From Candidatus Thorarchaeota archaeon (GTDB lineage Archaea; Asgardarchaeota; Thorarchaeia; Thorarchaeales; Thorarchaeaceae): a stretch of DNA of 64,000 bases. Position 1 is the stretch's first letter; each line of letters starts with the position of its first letter. Below the pieces are notes generated by a model, which did not search any database, was not told where the DNA came from, and saw only the letters and a program-made list of their open reading frames with translations. The stretch covers positions 32,001 to 96,000 of the forward strand of contig RDOC01000004.1 in assembly GCA_011364985.1 (NCBI GenBank), read 5' to 3'. A program made the translations under genes and the position numbers. Positions 38,434-48,912 of the stretch are shown here, one piece after another.

Positions 38434-39408
38434 CTACTCCTTTCTGAGAGGGACAAGACTTGTGTATTGCTTCACTCGTGGGTCATTGCTTCGTGGCGCA
38501 GGATACGCCCAGCGGGCGTCAATATCACGACCACTTAGGTCGTAGATTCTGAAGCTCCCAGAGGACCAAGTAAGAGGACTGAACCCAAGAAGCAGAGTCT
38601 GTGTGCGCCAACTTGTGACTACCATATGACGATTCATTCCAGCAGTCGGAACCACGAGAAATACGTTTGAGAGTTCCATCAAGAGAGAGGTGCTAATTCG
38701 ATAGAAGAAGCTGTATGTCTTTCTGTGCTCCTCAGTGCCTTGTTCTCGCAGGTCATTTAAGTACCTTGAGATCGTTTCATCGTGAACGGCAGGGTCCATC
38801 ACATCGGAGAGCTCCTCAACATCTACAACAACTGCGGTTTCGAAGTAGTATGCTAAAGGAAATTCAGTTATGTGGAATAGAACAAACTTGTCCTTCGTAA
38901 TTATGTTGTACAGCTGCTGGAAGATAGACTGCTTGGAGTAGAGCATGCTGGGATCAAGAGCAGCCGGTTCGAAATCCTTTGACGAATCAGAAATGACTAG
39001 CCTGAACATATCGTCTAGCATGTCACCATCATAGCCAATTCGAACAATGTGGTAGGGCAGGTTTCTTGACCCTTCCTCCATTCGCCCGGTGCTAGCAAGA
39101 AACTCATTGAAATCGTTCCGAAATGTGTCCACTTCATTATCATTGTCAAGAACAAAAAGGGATTGTGTAGGAGTTCCAAAGGAGTTTAACACTCTATCGT
39201 ACGTGAGAAAACGAGCCCTCTTCTCGGGATCAAACTGACTAAAGAGGTTGTCAGGATTGGGAGAAGAGTCTGTCAAGGATACACACCTACAATTATCGTT
39301 ATGTACGGGTCGATAACCTATTCTTGAATAGAGTCTAGGCCAATTTGCGATTATGTTACTCAATGCAGAGAGACCTATATTGGTCTCGTTATTGACACCA
39401 CCGGACAT
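38434..39408 (-). CDS. Hypothetical protein
   Basis: 324-aa ORF with protein-like composition; no motif recognised. Confidence 0.65.
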   Translation of the reverse strand: MSGGVNNETNIGLSALSNIIANWPRLYSRIGYRPVHNDNCRCVSLTDSSPNPDNLFSQFDPEKRARFLTYDRVLNSFGTPTQSLFVLDNDNEVDTFRNDFNEFLASTGRMEEGSRNLPYHIVRIGYDGDMLDDMFRLVISDSSKDFEPAALDPSMLYSKQSIFQQLYNIITKDKFVLFHITEFPLAYYFETAVVVDVEELSDVMDPAVHDETISRYLNDLREQGTEEHRKTYSFFYRISTSLLMELSNVFLVVPTAGMNRHMVVTSWRTQTLLLGFSPLTWSSGSFRIYDLSGRDIDARWAYPAPRSNDPRVKQYTSLVPLRKE

Positions 39409-39526
39409 TAAGAACAGCTAATATATTCTTTACCCACCTGTTGTCCAAGAGGATTTGGCCCCATCTTTGATGAATAGGGCATAAGTTTCGTTCACTTTAT
39501 CAACGTATTATGACTGGAAAACACAG

Positions 39527-40774
39527 GTGAAGAAGATGGAACACACATCGAAGCTCATCATTGGCAGTCGAAGTCAAAATCTTCAAGGCCGCAAGATAGC
39601 ACTCTGCGTGACAGGAAGTGTGGCCGCCGTTGAATGTGTGGCGATCGCTAGGCTATTGATGCGTCATGGAGCGGAGGTATATTGCATGATGAGCCCGATG
39701 GCACACAAAATCATCCATCCATACCTTCTGGAATGGGCCACAGGTAATCCATGCATTACAGAGCTTACTGGCCAAATCGAACATGTCACTCTCGCGGGGA
39801 AGCACAAGAATCGTGTTGACTTGGTTCTAATCGCACCTTCAACTGCAAATACAATCGGGAAAATCGCGAACGGAATCGATGACACAACAGTTACAACAAC
39901 AGCATCATCAGCAATTGGAGCAGGAATTCCCTTGGTCATCGTTCCTGCGATGCACGAGTCAATGTATGAGCACCCATCAGTAATCGAGAACATTGAGAAG
40001 CTAAAAGAGATGGGCATTCATGTCATGTCTCCAAGGAGGGAAGAAGCAAAGGCAAAGATTCCCACCCCTGAATCGATTGTTGAGCATGTGATTGGATTAC
40101 TGGGTTCAAGAGACTTCGAAGGAAAACGGCTCGTAATTACAGCTGGACCGACCCGTGGTTGGATTGATAGGGTCCGCTTTGTGACAAATCCGTCCTCTGG
40201 GAAGATGGGCATCGAACTTGCACGAGAGGCGCTTGCCAGAGGAGCCATTGTGGAGCTCATATTGGGACCAACAGCTGAACAGCCTCCTGAAGAAGCAATC
40301 ATGAGAAGAGTTGATACGCCAGACGATATGTTGGCTGCCGTGCGGAACGCGTTAGCAGACGTGAAGGCAGATGCCTTCATCTCATCCGCAGCCGTACTTG
40401 ACTATATGCCTCCGAAGAAACTTGAAGAAAAAACTCCTTCTGGACGGGATAAGCTTGTTGTAGAGTTTTTGCCTACACAAAAGATAATCGAGGTAGTGCG
40501 AAAAGAAAACAAGGGGATGTACATAGTCGGCTTTAAAGTGGAATCAGAGGTCACAGATGAAGAACTTGAGAGACGAGCTCGCACCAAGATAGACGCGGGA
40601 ACCTGTGATCTTATGGTGGCTAATGACGCTGCTAGAAGTGGTGTTGCCTTTGGGGGCGATACAAACGAAATACTGATTATAGATGCCACAGGGATTGTGG
40701 ATAAAGTCGGTCTGACTTCCAAGCGAGAGGCTGCAAGAAGAATTCTAGATGTTGTGGCATCGAAACTTGAATAA
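39527..40774 (+). CDS. coaBC: Bifunctional phosphopantothenoylcysteine decarboxylase/synthetase
   Basis: TGSVAA, PSTANT, PAMH, TAGPT, SSGKMG, GFKVE. Confidence 0.95.
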   Translation: MKKMEHTSKLIIGSRSQNLQGRKIALCVTGSVAAVECVAIARLLMRHGAEVYCMMSPMAHKIIHPYLLEWATGNPCITELTGQIEHVTLAGKHKNRVDLVLIAPSTANTIGKIANGIDDTTVTTTASSAIGAGIPLVIVPAMHESMYEHPSVIENIEKLKEMGIHVMSPRREEAKAKIPTPESIVEHVIGLLGSRDFEGKRLVITAGPTRGWIDRVRFVTNPSSGKMGIELAREALARGAIVELILGPTAEQPPEEAIMRRVDTPDDMLAAVRNALADVKADAFISSAAVLDYMPPKKLEEKTPSGRDKLVVEFLPTQKIIEVVRKENKGMYIVGFKVESEVTDEELERRARTKIDAGTCDLMVANDAARSGVAFGGDTNEILIIDATGIVDKVGLTSKREAARRILDVVASKLE

Positions 40775-40782
40775 TCGCGGCT

Positions 40783-41145
40783 CTACAGAATCTCAAGCAG
40801 CGATTCAGCCATTCTTTTCATATCCACAAAGATGAGACCAAGCTGTGCATCCGCCTTGGCTAGTACTAGGAAAAGAGCACTGTCACCAACAGATGTAAGG
40901 AGGGTATATCCTTTGTCCCCCTTAACGTAAATTTCCAACAAAGTACCACGGTCGAGTTCACTTGTGGCTTTCTCACCAAGAGATAACATTGCAGCGCTAA
41001 TGGCAGCAACACGCTCTTGCTCACTTTCTGGAAGCGCTGATGAAATCATCAGCCCATCAAGTGAAACCAAGGCTGCACCTTCGACTCCGGGAACTGTTTC
41101 GAAATCCCGAATGATTTGGTTAATTGTATCGACACGACTTGACAT
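40783..41145 (-). CDS. Roadblock/LC7 (MglB-like) protein
   Basis: GAALVSLDGLMISS, AAISAAMLSLG, AQLGLIF. Confidence 0.93.
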   Translation of the reverse strand: MSSRVDTINQIIRDFETVPGVEGAALVSLDGLMISSALPESEQERVAAISAAMLSLGEKATSELDRGTLLEIYVKGDKGYTLLTSVGDSALFLVLAKADAQLGLIFVDMKRMAESLLEIL

Positions 41146-41244
41146 CGATAGGCCTCTCTTTGGTCGAATCGGATGAGAATCATAATTGGACTCTATAAAA
41201 TGTTGTTGTCAGACATGCTCTTCATGTTCCTATTTTTGCGCAAT

Positions 41245-44200
41245 TCAGGACACACCAAAGAACTCCTTAGGATCGAATCGCTCATCCTCCTGTCTTTGCC
41301 GCTCTCTCTCATCTTTGGTTTTCTTGTCCCGTTTATTGCTCCAAGAAACAGTATCATCGCGACGGCGCCTTAGATAGAAGTAACCTACCGTAGAAACCAA
41401 GATGACACCACCAAGAATCACTATTGCAGCTAGTGGAAACGGACGAATAGTAATGAATCCAACTAGGACAAGAGAGAGCGTATCATATCCGTCCCTTTGG
41501 GCATGAATCACTATGTCGAAAGTGCCTACCTGACCTTGTGTCCAATCCTCCGACAGAGTCACTGAGTATTGGCCCGAACCCAGAGGAATAACTTCAACGG
41601 AGGTATTGCCGACTAGGATGTCTAAAGAAACATCAGGTATTCCGACTCCAACACGATCAGTAATATCTATGGTAATCACTACTCTGTCGCCCTCCCAGAT
41701 TATGTACTGATTCATCTGAATTGAATTTAGACTGAGTGAGGGCGCGGCACCCCAGTTGATCGCATTCTCTATCATATTGGTCCTTGTTTGTCCAGTCGGG
41801 TCAATCGTCGTTATGGCGATTTTTCCAGAATCTACAACACCAGCCAACATGACAGGATTGCCACTGCCCTCAGCAAGAACGGTGAGGTTCTGCCAATACG
41901 ATGAGAAGTAGCCCTGATAGCTAGCAGTCTCTTCCAGTAGATTTGGAATTGATACAAGAGGATGACCTTCGTCGGAGAGACTTATTGAATAGCCAGACTG
42001 AGAAGTGTCTACAACCAAAGGCCATGGAGACCAGCTCAAGTTTCCAGAAACACCCAAAATGACGAAAGTCCCTCCGTCTCTCACGTATTGATTTATGCTC
42101 GGCGAGGAGTCCGACAGCGATAGTGCAAATGCCTGAATCGTTCCTGGTTCAACCAAAACCGTTCTGGCAAGTGGGAATAGGATTTCGAACGTGGAGAAGT
42201 TGGATGACTCATAATACTCGAAGTCAGCACCTAAACTCACTAGAGGCACAGTTAGATAGTCAGTTGCACCAAACGCCAATACAGAAGGAACACCTCGTGC
42301 AGGAGAATGGCCATCCAAGGCAAGAGAAGTGGGATTCAAAGCAGGGATTCGAGGAGCATCATCTGGAAGGTACAGCTTTATGCTTGGGTCCCCAAATAGT
42401 ACCTGTTGGTTCGCATAGTCCCTTGGATCCCGCGATTCAAGTGGGTCAGTAAAGTCCGATGAAACGAGCGATAGTGCTCTGCTAAGAGCAACTCCAGTGG
42501 CATTTCCCTCGCATAATGCCTGCGTGAATAGAATTGAAAGCATTCCGGCTGGCTGGAAATACACTGTTCGTGGAGAGGCTGTCACGCCGACTGCACCATG
42601 CTCCATCAGCGCAACTGGTAAGCGAGAACCACCAAGCAGACAGGCAGTTAGGATGACGATAGGCGAGCCAATGTTGCCTAATACAGCCTCCAAGTCATCA
42701 GTCGTTCGTGTGATGTGATGAATGGCCTCGGTTTCAAACTGGACAGGATTTACGAGGTGGTCATTGTTATAGTCGCGGACGGATTCGCTGTGCTCGTAAC
42801 CATAGTTGGTGTCAACATCTCTCAAGGAAAAGATACCAAGACCGTTGGGTCTATCAGGAGGATCTCTAGGAGCTGCAGTAAGTGTCCCATGTGTGCTGAA
42901 CGACCAAAGTGCTATTTGTGATGTGAGTGTATCAAAGACCTCCTGAAAGCCAACGTGCGTTGAAACGGAGAACCCACCGTCTTGAATGGCTGTAAGACTA
43001 TCCTCAATCTGATTAATCTCATAGCCATTATAGAAGTTGTCAACAAAGGGCATGCCCTCAGTATAGGCATAGAGCGAGAGGAGGGCTTCACCTGCACTGT
43101 CCGCCGTCATGAATAGAAATCGATGCAGTGCTGCACGATTCACAAACACACTGGCCAAGGCAGAATCAGACGCTGGAATTCGACCCGGGCTGAAGTGACT
43201 TTGAAGAGCCCTATCGAAGCTGACCTTTAGGAGGCAAGTAGGAGAAAAGATAAGCACTTCTTGGGAGACATTGCTAACATACGCACCCCGCTCAATGGCA
43301 AATGTTCTAAAACGGTCAGCACAGGATTTCATTGTGTATCTATTTGGTATTCGTTCATCATACCAACCATTCTCCGTTCTCGTTGTCCATCTTTGCTGTA
43401 CGTAAATGTCAATCTCAGGTCCCACGAAATAGGAGGCCCAAGTTTCCTCGGCAAAGGTAGTCATTTGATTATCACTACCTGTCAGCGAAAATACTGGTGC
43501 TCCATGATATGCGCCGGAGAATGCAGCAGATCCAAACAACTCGTCTCCAGTGCCAATCGGAACAGCCACCACCAAGTCATGTTGGCCAGAGATTGAGTGT
43601 ATGGCATGGGTCACGGCAGAGTAGTTGTTGAGTAAATGAACAGAAGAAACTAGTCCGGAAAGTTGTGATTCCAATTGCGCTGAATGAATATCCAATGGAT
43701 CAACTAACAGAATGTCTGTGGCGCCAAGGCGTGACAGCGTCCAAGATGTAATCTCCGGAACCGCATCGGCACCTACATAGAGTAGCGGTGCATTCAAGAG
43801 CGACGCAAGTACTGCACCATTTGCGGCGGATTCTAGGTATGCTTGTAAATCACTAGGGAGAGAAGAAACGGACCAGGAGAGTTGCACATTGTTTTGCTCT
43901 GACTCCGGGTTCATCCATGCCCCGATGATTGTCCATTCTCCCGGAGAAGGGTAGGGAACATTCATTGAGCTAGAGAGAGGACCGGCGATAAGGCTTTCTG
44001 CCGGAGCCCAAGTCACAAGCCGCCCTTCAGGATTTACCAATGCAAAATTCAAGTCAGTACCGCTATTGTCCCAAGTCGCACTAACGTTAAGCCACTTTGC
44101 ATTATTCGGCACCGTCACAGACTGCGATAAACCAGGATGATAGTTGATGGAATAGCTGACTGGTGTGCTTCCTTGTGATAGACGTTGAAGCGCCATTGTC

Positions 44201-45066
44201 CATACTCCTTCTGTCGAGCAGGGATACCAGAAGTAAAGAGGCACCAGAGCAGATACATAAGCGGTGTTTCTTTCAAAGAAGACTTGAGTGTATACAGAAT
44301 AATCTACTGGGGTGCCCAACGGATCATACAATGTGTGCGTCAATAGTTCTGTGCCCTCCCAATCAAATGTCCCAACCATCCAGCCTGCTGAAGTCGGTGG
44401 TGTGAAGGTCACATTCTGCGTTGTCCCGTAGGTAACTGATGTGCTAGAGACAATTGGGATTATGGAAGGACTGTCGAAGGTATGGGTGGCACTACCAGAA
44501 GTCACCAGCAAGTCCTGAAAATCATCTTTTGAAAGCGCAACTACCACATTGGTGGACGATGTCCAATCCATCAGAGCAAGCTGCGCTGCGATTTCCGCAG
44601 AATCCGATGATTTGATGCGGGGAAAGAGTCTGGTTCCGATTTGATACTGAATCGCCTTGATTTCAAAGTCGGAAAAATCACCTATGCTAATTGCCTGTGT
44701 AACAGGTTCGGACACCCCCAAGTAATCGACCCAATCTGAAATCAACCATTCTTCTGAGTCGGATCCTCCTGAATGGATTAGCGGAGATATATATTGAGTC
44801 CCATTGTATAGATACACAGAAGTGGGAACGGCAGCCATATAGGCAAAATCATCCACGTAGGAAGAGGGGTCATATGAAACAAAGGCTGCACGCCGCAGTG
44901 GTGTTGGCTCATCTGGAAGACCAGCAGAGAGAGAATGGATGTTTTCACTTGGACCAAGCGATTGATCATCCATAGAACGAATGGAGCTAGTTGCTGTGAA
45001 TGACAAGGTAAGAAGCAGAACCAGTAGTAGTGCGGTAGCGACTCGGTTTTTTGTGTCAGTGTTCAA
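41245..45066 (-). CDS. Large membrane-anchored surface protein with gingipain/C25-like domain
   Basis: Signal peptide; PPC-like beta domains; FSTHG and ILTAC putative dyad; LFGDP; C-terminal TM and charged tail. Confidence 0.7.
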   Translation of the reverse strand: MNTDTKNRVATALLLVLLLTLSFTATSSIRSMDDQSLGPSENIHSLSAGLPDEPTPLRRAAFVSYDPSSYVDDFAYMAAVPTSVYLYNGTQYISPLIHSGGSDSEEWLISDWVDYLGVSEPVTQAISIGDFSDFEIKAIQYQIGTRLFPRIKSSDSAEIAAQLALMDWTSSTNVVVALSKDDFQDLLVTSGSATHTFDSPSIIPIVSSTSVTYGTTQNVTFTPPTSAGWMVGTFDWEGTELLTHTLYDPLGTPVDYSVYTQVFFERNTAYVSALVPLYFWYPCSTEGVWTMALQRLSQGSTPVSYSINYHPGLSQSVTVPNNAKWLNVSATWDNSGTDLNFALVNPEGRLVTWAPAESLIAGPLSSSMNVPYPSPGEWTIIGAWMNPESEQNNVQLSWSVSSLPSDLQAYLESAANGAVLASLLNAPLLYVGADAVPEITSWTLSRLGATDILLVDPLDIHSAQLESQLSGLVSSVHLLNNYSAVTHAIHSISGQHDLVVAVPIGTGDELFGSAAFSGAYHGAPVFSLTGSDNQMTTFAEETWASYFVGPEIDIYVQQRWTTRTENGWYDERIPNRYTMKSCADRFRTFAIERGAYVSNVSQEVLIFSPTCLLKVSFDRALQSHFSPGRIPASDSALASVFVNRAALHRFLFMTADSAGEALLSLYAYTEGMPFVDNFYNGYEINQIEDSLTAIQDGGFSVSTHVGFQEVFDTLTSQIALWSFSTHGTLTAAPRDPPDRPNGLGIFSLRDVDTNYGYEHSESVRDYNNDHLVNPVQFETEAIHHITRTTDDLEAVLGNIGSPIVILTACLLGGSRLPVALMEHGAVGVTASPRTVYFQPAGMLSILFTQALCEGNATGVALSRALSLVSSDFTDPLESRDPRDYANQQVLFGDPSIKLYLPDDAPRIPALNPTSLALDGHSPARGVPSVLAFGATDYLTVPLVSLGADFEYYESSNFSTFEILFPLARTVLVEPGTIQAFALSLSDSSPSINQYVRDGGTFVILGVSGNLSWSPWPLVVDTSQSGYSISLSDEGHPLVSIPNLLEETASYQGYFSSYWQNLTVLAEGSGNPVMLAGVVDSGKIAITTIDPTGQTRTNMIENAINWGAAPSLSLNSIQMNQYIIWEGDRVVITIDITDRVGVGIPDVSLDILVGNTSVEVIPLGSGQYSVTLSEDWTQGQVGTFDIVIHAQRDGYDTLSLVLVGFITIRPFPLAAIVILGGVILVSTVGYFYLRRRRDDTVSWSNKRDKKTKDERERQRQEDERFDPKEFFGVS

Positions 45067-45187
45067 GCAACGGGCACTCCTTGGGAGAATCCTAAGGTCA
45101 GTTCAGATGGAGATAGGACATTTTCGCAGATTAGACCTGACCCTGCATGTTTTTGTAATGAAGAAACCCATATAATCGAACCTGCGA

Positions 45188-46066
45188 TTACTCCTCAAAG
45201 TCGAGGGAGTCCTCATCAAACTCCTCATCGAATTCCTCGTCATCCTGTTCCTCGACTTCTTCTTCCTCGGGTAATGCATCCTGCAGGTCGTCTAGTATCT
45301 TCCTCAGTCGACGACGTGTAGCCTTGGGGACATCCCACATTTTCTGTTCGGCGCGCTCGACCACCTCTCTGGCAATATCATAGATTTCAGCCTCAAGATA
45401 GTATTGCGCAGCCTCTACAAAGTGCTCTGCTGATTTTCTCTGATTCCCATTCATCTCTGCGATATCTCCAAGCAAAGACAATGCATCAGCAATACCAGCT
45501 TTGTCATCAATATCACGGTAGATTTTTAGTGCCTTTTTGAACTCCTTTTCAGCCGAGTCCCAATCTTCACGGTCTGCATAGGCATTGCCCACATCCATAA
45601 CGGTGCTTGCTACACCTTGATGATTTCCAGAGGACTTGTATGCGCTTTGCGCATGTCTAAAGTACTCAAGCGCTTTATCAAACTCACCAAGGCCGTGCTT
45701 TGCTAAGCCTAAGGCATACATTGCGTCCGCTTCGCCATCTGGATTCTTGACCTCTTTGAAAAGATTCATAGCCTTCTCGCATGACGTGGCTGCATCGGCC
45801 CATCGTTCAAGATTAATCTGAGCTACTCCAAGATTGTACATGGCATCGCTAATGCCCGTCTCATCCTTAAGGTCCTCATAAATCCCTAGCGCCTGTTCAA
45901 AACAGCCCAATGCCTCATCGTATTCTGCGACGGACATGTATACGTTACCAACTGCATTCATAATTCTAGCCGCAGTGTCTTTGTCCCCGGCAGCCAAAGC
46001 TTCGTCAGCCTGATCAAGTAGCTCTGCTGGATCCATGTCCTCAAAGGAATCATCTTCGTCGCTCAT
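45188..46066 (-). CDS. TPR repeat protein with acidic termini
   Basis: Several TPR units (e.g. NAVGNVYMSVAEYDEALGCFEQAL); D/E-rich tail. Confidence 0.88.
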   Translation of the reverse strand: MSDEDDSFEDMDPAELLDQADEALAAGDKDTAARIMNAVGNVYMSVAEYDEALGCFEQALGIYEDLKDETGISDAMYNLGVAQINLERWADAATSCEKAMNLFKEVKNPDGEADAMYALGLAKHGLGEFDKALEYFRHAQSAYKSSGNHQGVASTVMDVGNAYADREDWDSAEKEFKKALKIYRDIDDKAGIADALSLLGDIAEMNGNQRKSAEHFVEAAQYYLEAEIYDIAREVVERAEQKMWDVPKATRRRLRKILDDLQDALPEEEEVEEQDDEEFDEEFDEDSLDFEE

Positions 46067-46130
46067 AAGGCATTCCTCAGCCAGTGAGAAATGATGCAAA
46101 CTATCTCTCTTTTGAGCCTTTCTGAATCCC

Positions 46131-46832
46131 TTATTTGCTCATGATTAGATTGGGATTCTTCAAGAATTTCTTGACCTTCTCATTCACTTGGAACCGCTCA
46201 TCGCCGACCTGCACTTCCAAGAGTTTTCGAAGCTCGAATCGCCGGAGGTATCCAACAGCCTGATCTCGAGAAACATTGAGGTCTTTCATCAAGTGCTTTA
46301 GTCCGTTCTCAGATCCACTATACTGGGCAAATTTGGTGAACACATTACTCCATTGCATCATTGCCAAGAACAATAGAGTTCGCAAGACCCGGTCAACATT
46401 CTCACCGGTTTCAGCGGAACAAGGCATTACTGCTTGACCCACCAAGAATTTCATTCGATCCCTCAATTGGTCAACTCGCCGCGCTTCTGCAAGGTCCTGT
46501 TTATTTGCAGCAACGACACAGGGCACACCAGGAAGAAAGAATGCAATCTCCCTAAAGAAGAGCTTTGCACGTGCATCAGATTCAGGATCGGAAGAGTCAA
46601 CCACAAGAATAATCCCATCAGCACCTGAGCTGAGTATCTTCCTCATTGTCCTAAACCGCAGAAGACCTGGAGTACCAAATAGGAATACGCTCATTCCATC
46701 CACATTTGTCAGTCCATGGTCCATCGCAATCGTTGTCCCTCTTCTCTCAATATTGATGCAGGCACCGTTTGTGAGATGATGGATTATTCTGCTCTTGCCT
46801 GATTCATATGGTCCTGTCACTATGATCTTCAT
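46131..46832 (-). CDS. MglA/CvnD-like small GTPase with C-terminal winged-helix-like domain
   Basis: GPYESGKS, TTIAMDHG, LFGTPG, NKQD, CSA. Confidence 0.85.
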   Translation of the reverse strand: MKIIVTGPYESGKSRIIHHLTNGACINIERRGTTIAMDHGLTNVDGMSVFLFGTPGLLRFRTMRKILSSGADGIILVVDSSDPESDARAKLFFREIAFFLPGVPCVVAANKQDLAEARRVDQLRDRMKFLVGQAVMPCSAETGENVDRVLRTLLFLAMMQWSNVFTKFAQYSGSENGLKHLMKDLNVSRDQAVGYLRRFELRKLLEVQVGDERFQVNEKVKKFLKNPNLIMSK

Positions 46833-47028
46833 AGCACTCCACCTGCATTCTTCATACCTTGGTGCTGGATTCAGAGTTGAGCTTCACGCGTTAAATGGTT
46901 TGTCGTACTGAATCCCAATAATATTCCTATGCGGTGTAGAGTAGAATGAAAAATAGTTTCAAACCCATTGGTTTATATCGGCAATTAACGAACTGCTATA
47001 TGAAAGCTCGTTTAGAAGTGAACCTCAA

Positions 47029-47193
47029 ATGGCTCAGGTTGAGAAAACACATGAGAAGGAATTCTGGCTCTTTCGCGAGGAGCCAGAACCAGGGGATATT
47101 GAATTCATTAGGTCTGTAGAACCAAACATTGACTTTTCGTCCATGGAAGGAATTACAGAACTGATTGACAGACTTTACCATATACTGGATTAG
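47029..47193 (+). CDS. Small hypothetical protein (54 aa), below ORF-track cutoff
   Basis: MAQVEKTHEKEFWLFREEPEPGDIEFIRSVEPNIDFSSMEGITELIDRLYHILD; TTTATA about 46972 and GAAGTGA upstream; hairpin after stop. Confidence 0.5.
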   Translation: MAQVEKTHEKEFWLFREEPEPGDIEFIRSVEPNIDFSSMEGITELIDRLYHILD

Positions 47194-47466
47194 GAATGAC
47201 ATCTTGTCATTCACGCGAGAAGAGGATGAAAACACTTGCTCGCGACGACAGTACTCTTCCGAATTAAGGTCAACTTGCCCTATGAGTAGCTCGTTTCGAG
47301 ATTGTCTCATATTTTCAGCGAAACGAGAACGATGTTCTCCAGCAGCTTCCAGCTTCGCTAGAAATTGAACGGCAGAGCCCCATTTCAAGATGAATCTGCC
47401 TTCTTTTTCACAAGCCTTATAGCCAATGGCAAGAGTCAGTACATGTCGAGCAAAGGGATGCAGCAT

Positions 47467-48912
47467 ATGGAAATCAAGAGGATAAATGAGAATCTTTACG
47501 AAATACCAGATACCACCCAAGCATGCATGAGAGTGCCTGTGAGAATACATGCATCAAAGGCACTTCTGGATAAGATGAAGCATGACAAGACATTTGCGCA
47601 AGGAGTAAATGTAGCATGCTTGCCCGGAATCTACTCGCATAGTATTATTCTCCCCGATGGGCATCAAGGTTACGGATTCCCAATTGGGGGTGTTGCTGCA
47701 ACGGATTACGAAGATGGAGTGATAAGTCCGGGAGGAGTTGGGTATGACATTAACTGTGGAGTGAGAGTTCTCACCACAAATCTTGATGAGGAGGATGTCA
47801 GACCAAAACTAAGGACGCTCATCGACCGTCTCTTTTCAGAGGTGCCTACCGGAGTTGGAAAAACAGGGAAGATCATGCTCGGTTCTCAGAGAGGAGTAGA
47901 TGAAGTTCTGGACGAGGGAGCAAAATGGGCTGTAGAACAGGGTTATGGCTGGGAGAAAGATCTAGAGCACATAGAGGCAGGAGGCACACTCGATATTGCG
48001 GATGCCTCAAAGGTTTCCCCAGAGGCAAAGAAGCGTGGACAGAAGCAAGTCGGAACCCTTGGCTCAGGCAATCATTTCCTTGAAATCCAGCTTGTCGACG
48101 ACATATATGACGAAAGAGCTGCAAGAGCCATGGGAATCACTCGAGAGGGGCAGGTCACAGTCATGATTCATAGTGGTTCGAGAGGACTTGGACACCAGGT
48201 ATGCGGCGATTACATTAGAACGATGACTCATGCTATGAGAAAATACAATATCGAAGTTCCTGATCGAGAGCTCTGCAGTGTGCCAACAACCTCAGATGAG
48301 GGCCAAGCATACTTGGGAGCAATGAGTGCCGCTGCCAACTTCGCATGGGTAAACAGGCAGGCCATGATGCATTGGACACGGGAGGCATTCTCAAAGGTGA
48401 TGGGGCAATCACCCGAAGATCTAGATATGAATCTAGTCTATGATGTAGCCCACAATATGGGAAAAGTGGAGGAACACGAAATAGAGGGCCGTAGACGAAA
48501 AGTGGTTGTACACAGAAAAGGAGCGACAAGAGCATTTCCACCGAGCCATCCCGAAACGCCTGCAGCATATTCCGAAATTGGTCAACCTGTGTTGATCCCC
48601 GGCACTATGGGAACTGCCTCATACATACTGGTGGGAAATCAGAGAGGGATGGACCTCACATTCGGATCAACAGCACACGGCGCTGGACGGTTCATGAGCA
48701 GAAGCAAAGCAAAAAAGGAGTTCTTCGGGAAAGACGTTCAGCGAAACCTTGCAGAGGAAGGGATTATTGTCAGGTCAACCTCTGCAGTTGTGATTGCGGA
48801 GGAAGCACCCGGTGCATACAAAGATGTTGACGAAGTAGTGAAGGTTTCTGACGTGCTTGGGATTGCCACAAAAGCGGTCAGACTACGTCCCATTGGAGTC
48901 ATCAAGGGATAG
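47467..48912 (+). CDS. rtcB: RNA-splicing ligase RtcB
   Basis: PDGHQGYGFPIG, GYDINCG, GSGNHF, HSGSRG, HRKGA, HGAGR, EEAPGAYK. Confidence 0.97.
   Translation: MEIKRINENLYEIPDTTQACMRVPVRIHASKALLDKMKHDKTFAQGVNVACLPGIYSHSIILPDGHQGYGFPIGGVAATDYEDGVISPGGVGYDINCGVRVLTTNLDEEDVRPKLRTLIDRLFSEVPTGVGKTGKIMLGSQRGVDEVLDEGAKWAVEQGYGWEKDLEHIEAGGTLDIADASKVSPEAKKRGQKQVGTLGSGNHFLEIQLVDDIYDERAARAMGITREGQVTVMIHSGSRGLGHQVCGDYIRTMTHAMRKYNIEVPDRELCSVPTTSDEGQAYLGAMSAAANFAWVNRQAMMHWTREAFSKVMGQSPEDLDMNLVYDVAHNMGKVEEHEIEGRRRKVVVHRKGATRAFPPSHPETPAAYSEIGQPVLIPGTMGTASYILVGNQRGMDLTFGSTAHGAGRFMSRSKAKKEFFGKDVQRNLAEEGIIVRSTSAVVIAEEAPGAYKDVDEVVKVSDVLGIATKAVRLRPIGVIKG

Noticed and set aside
46996-47550. 184-aa minus-strand ORF; possible archease near rtcB
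   Set aside because: Overlaps the rtcB start antisense; no archease HTAD or KAxT motifs seen in this region
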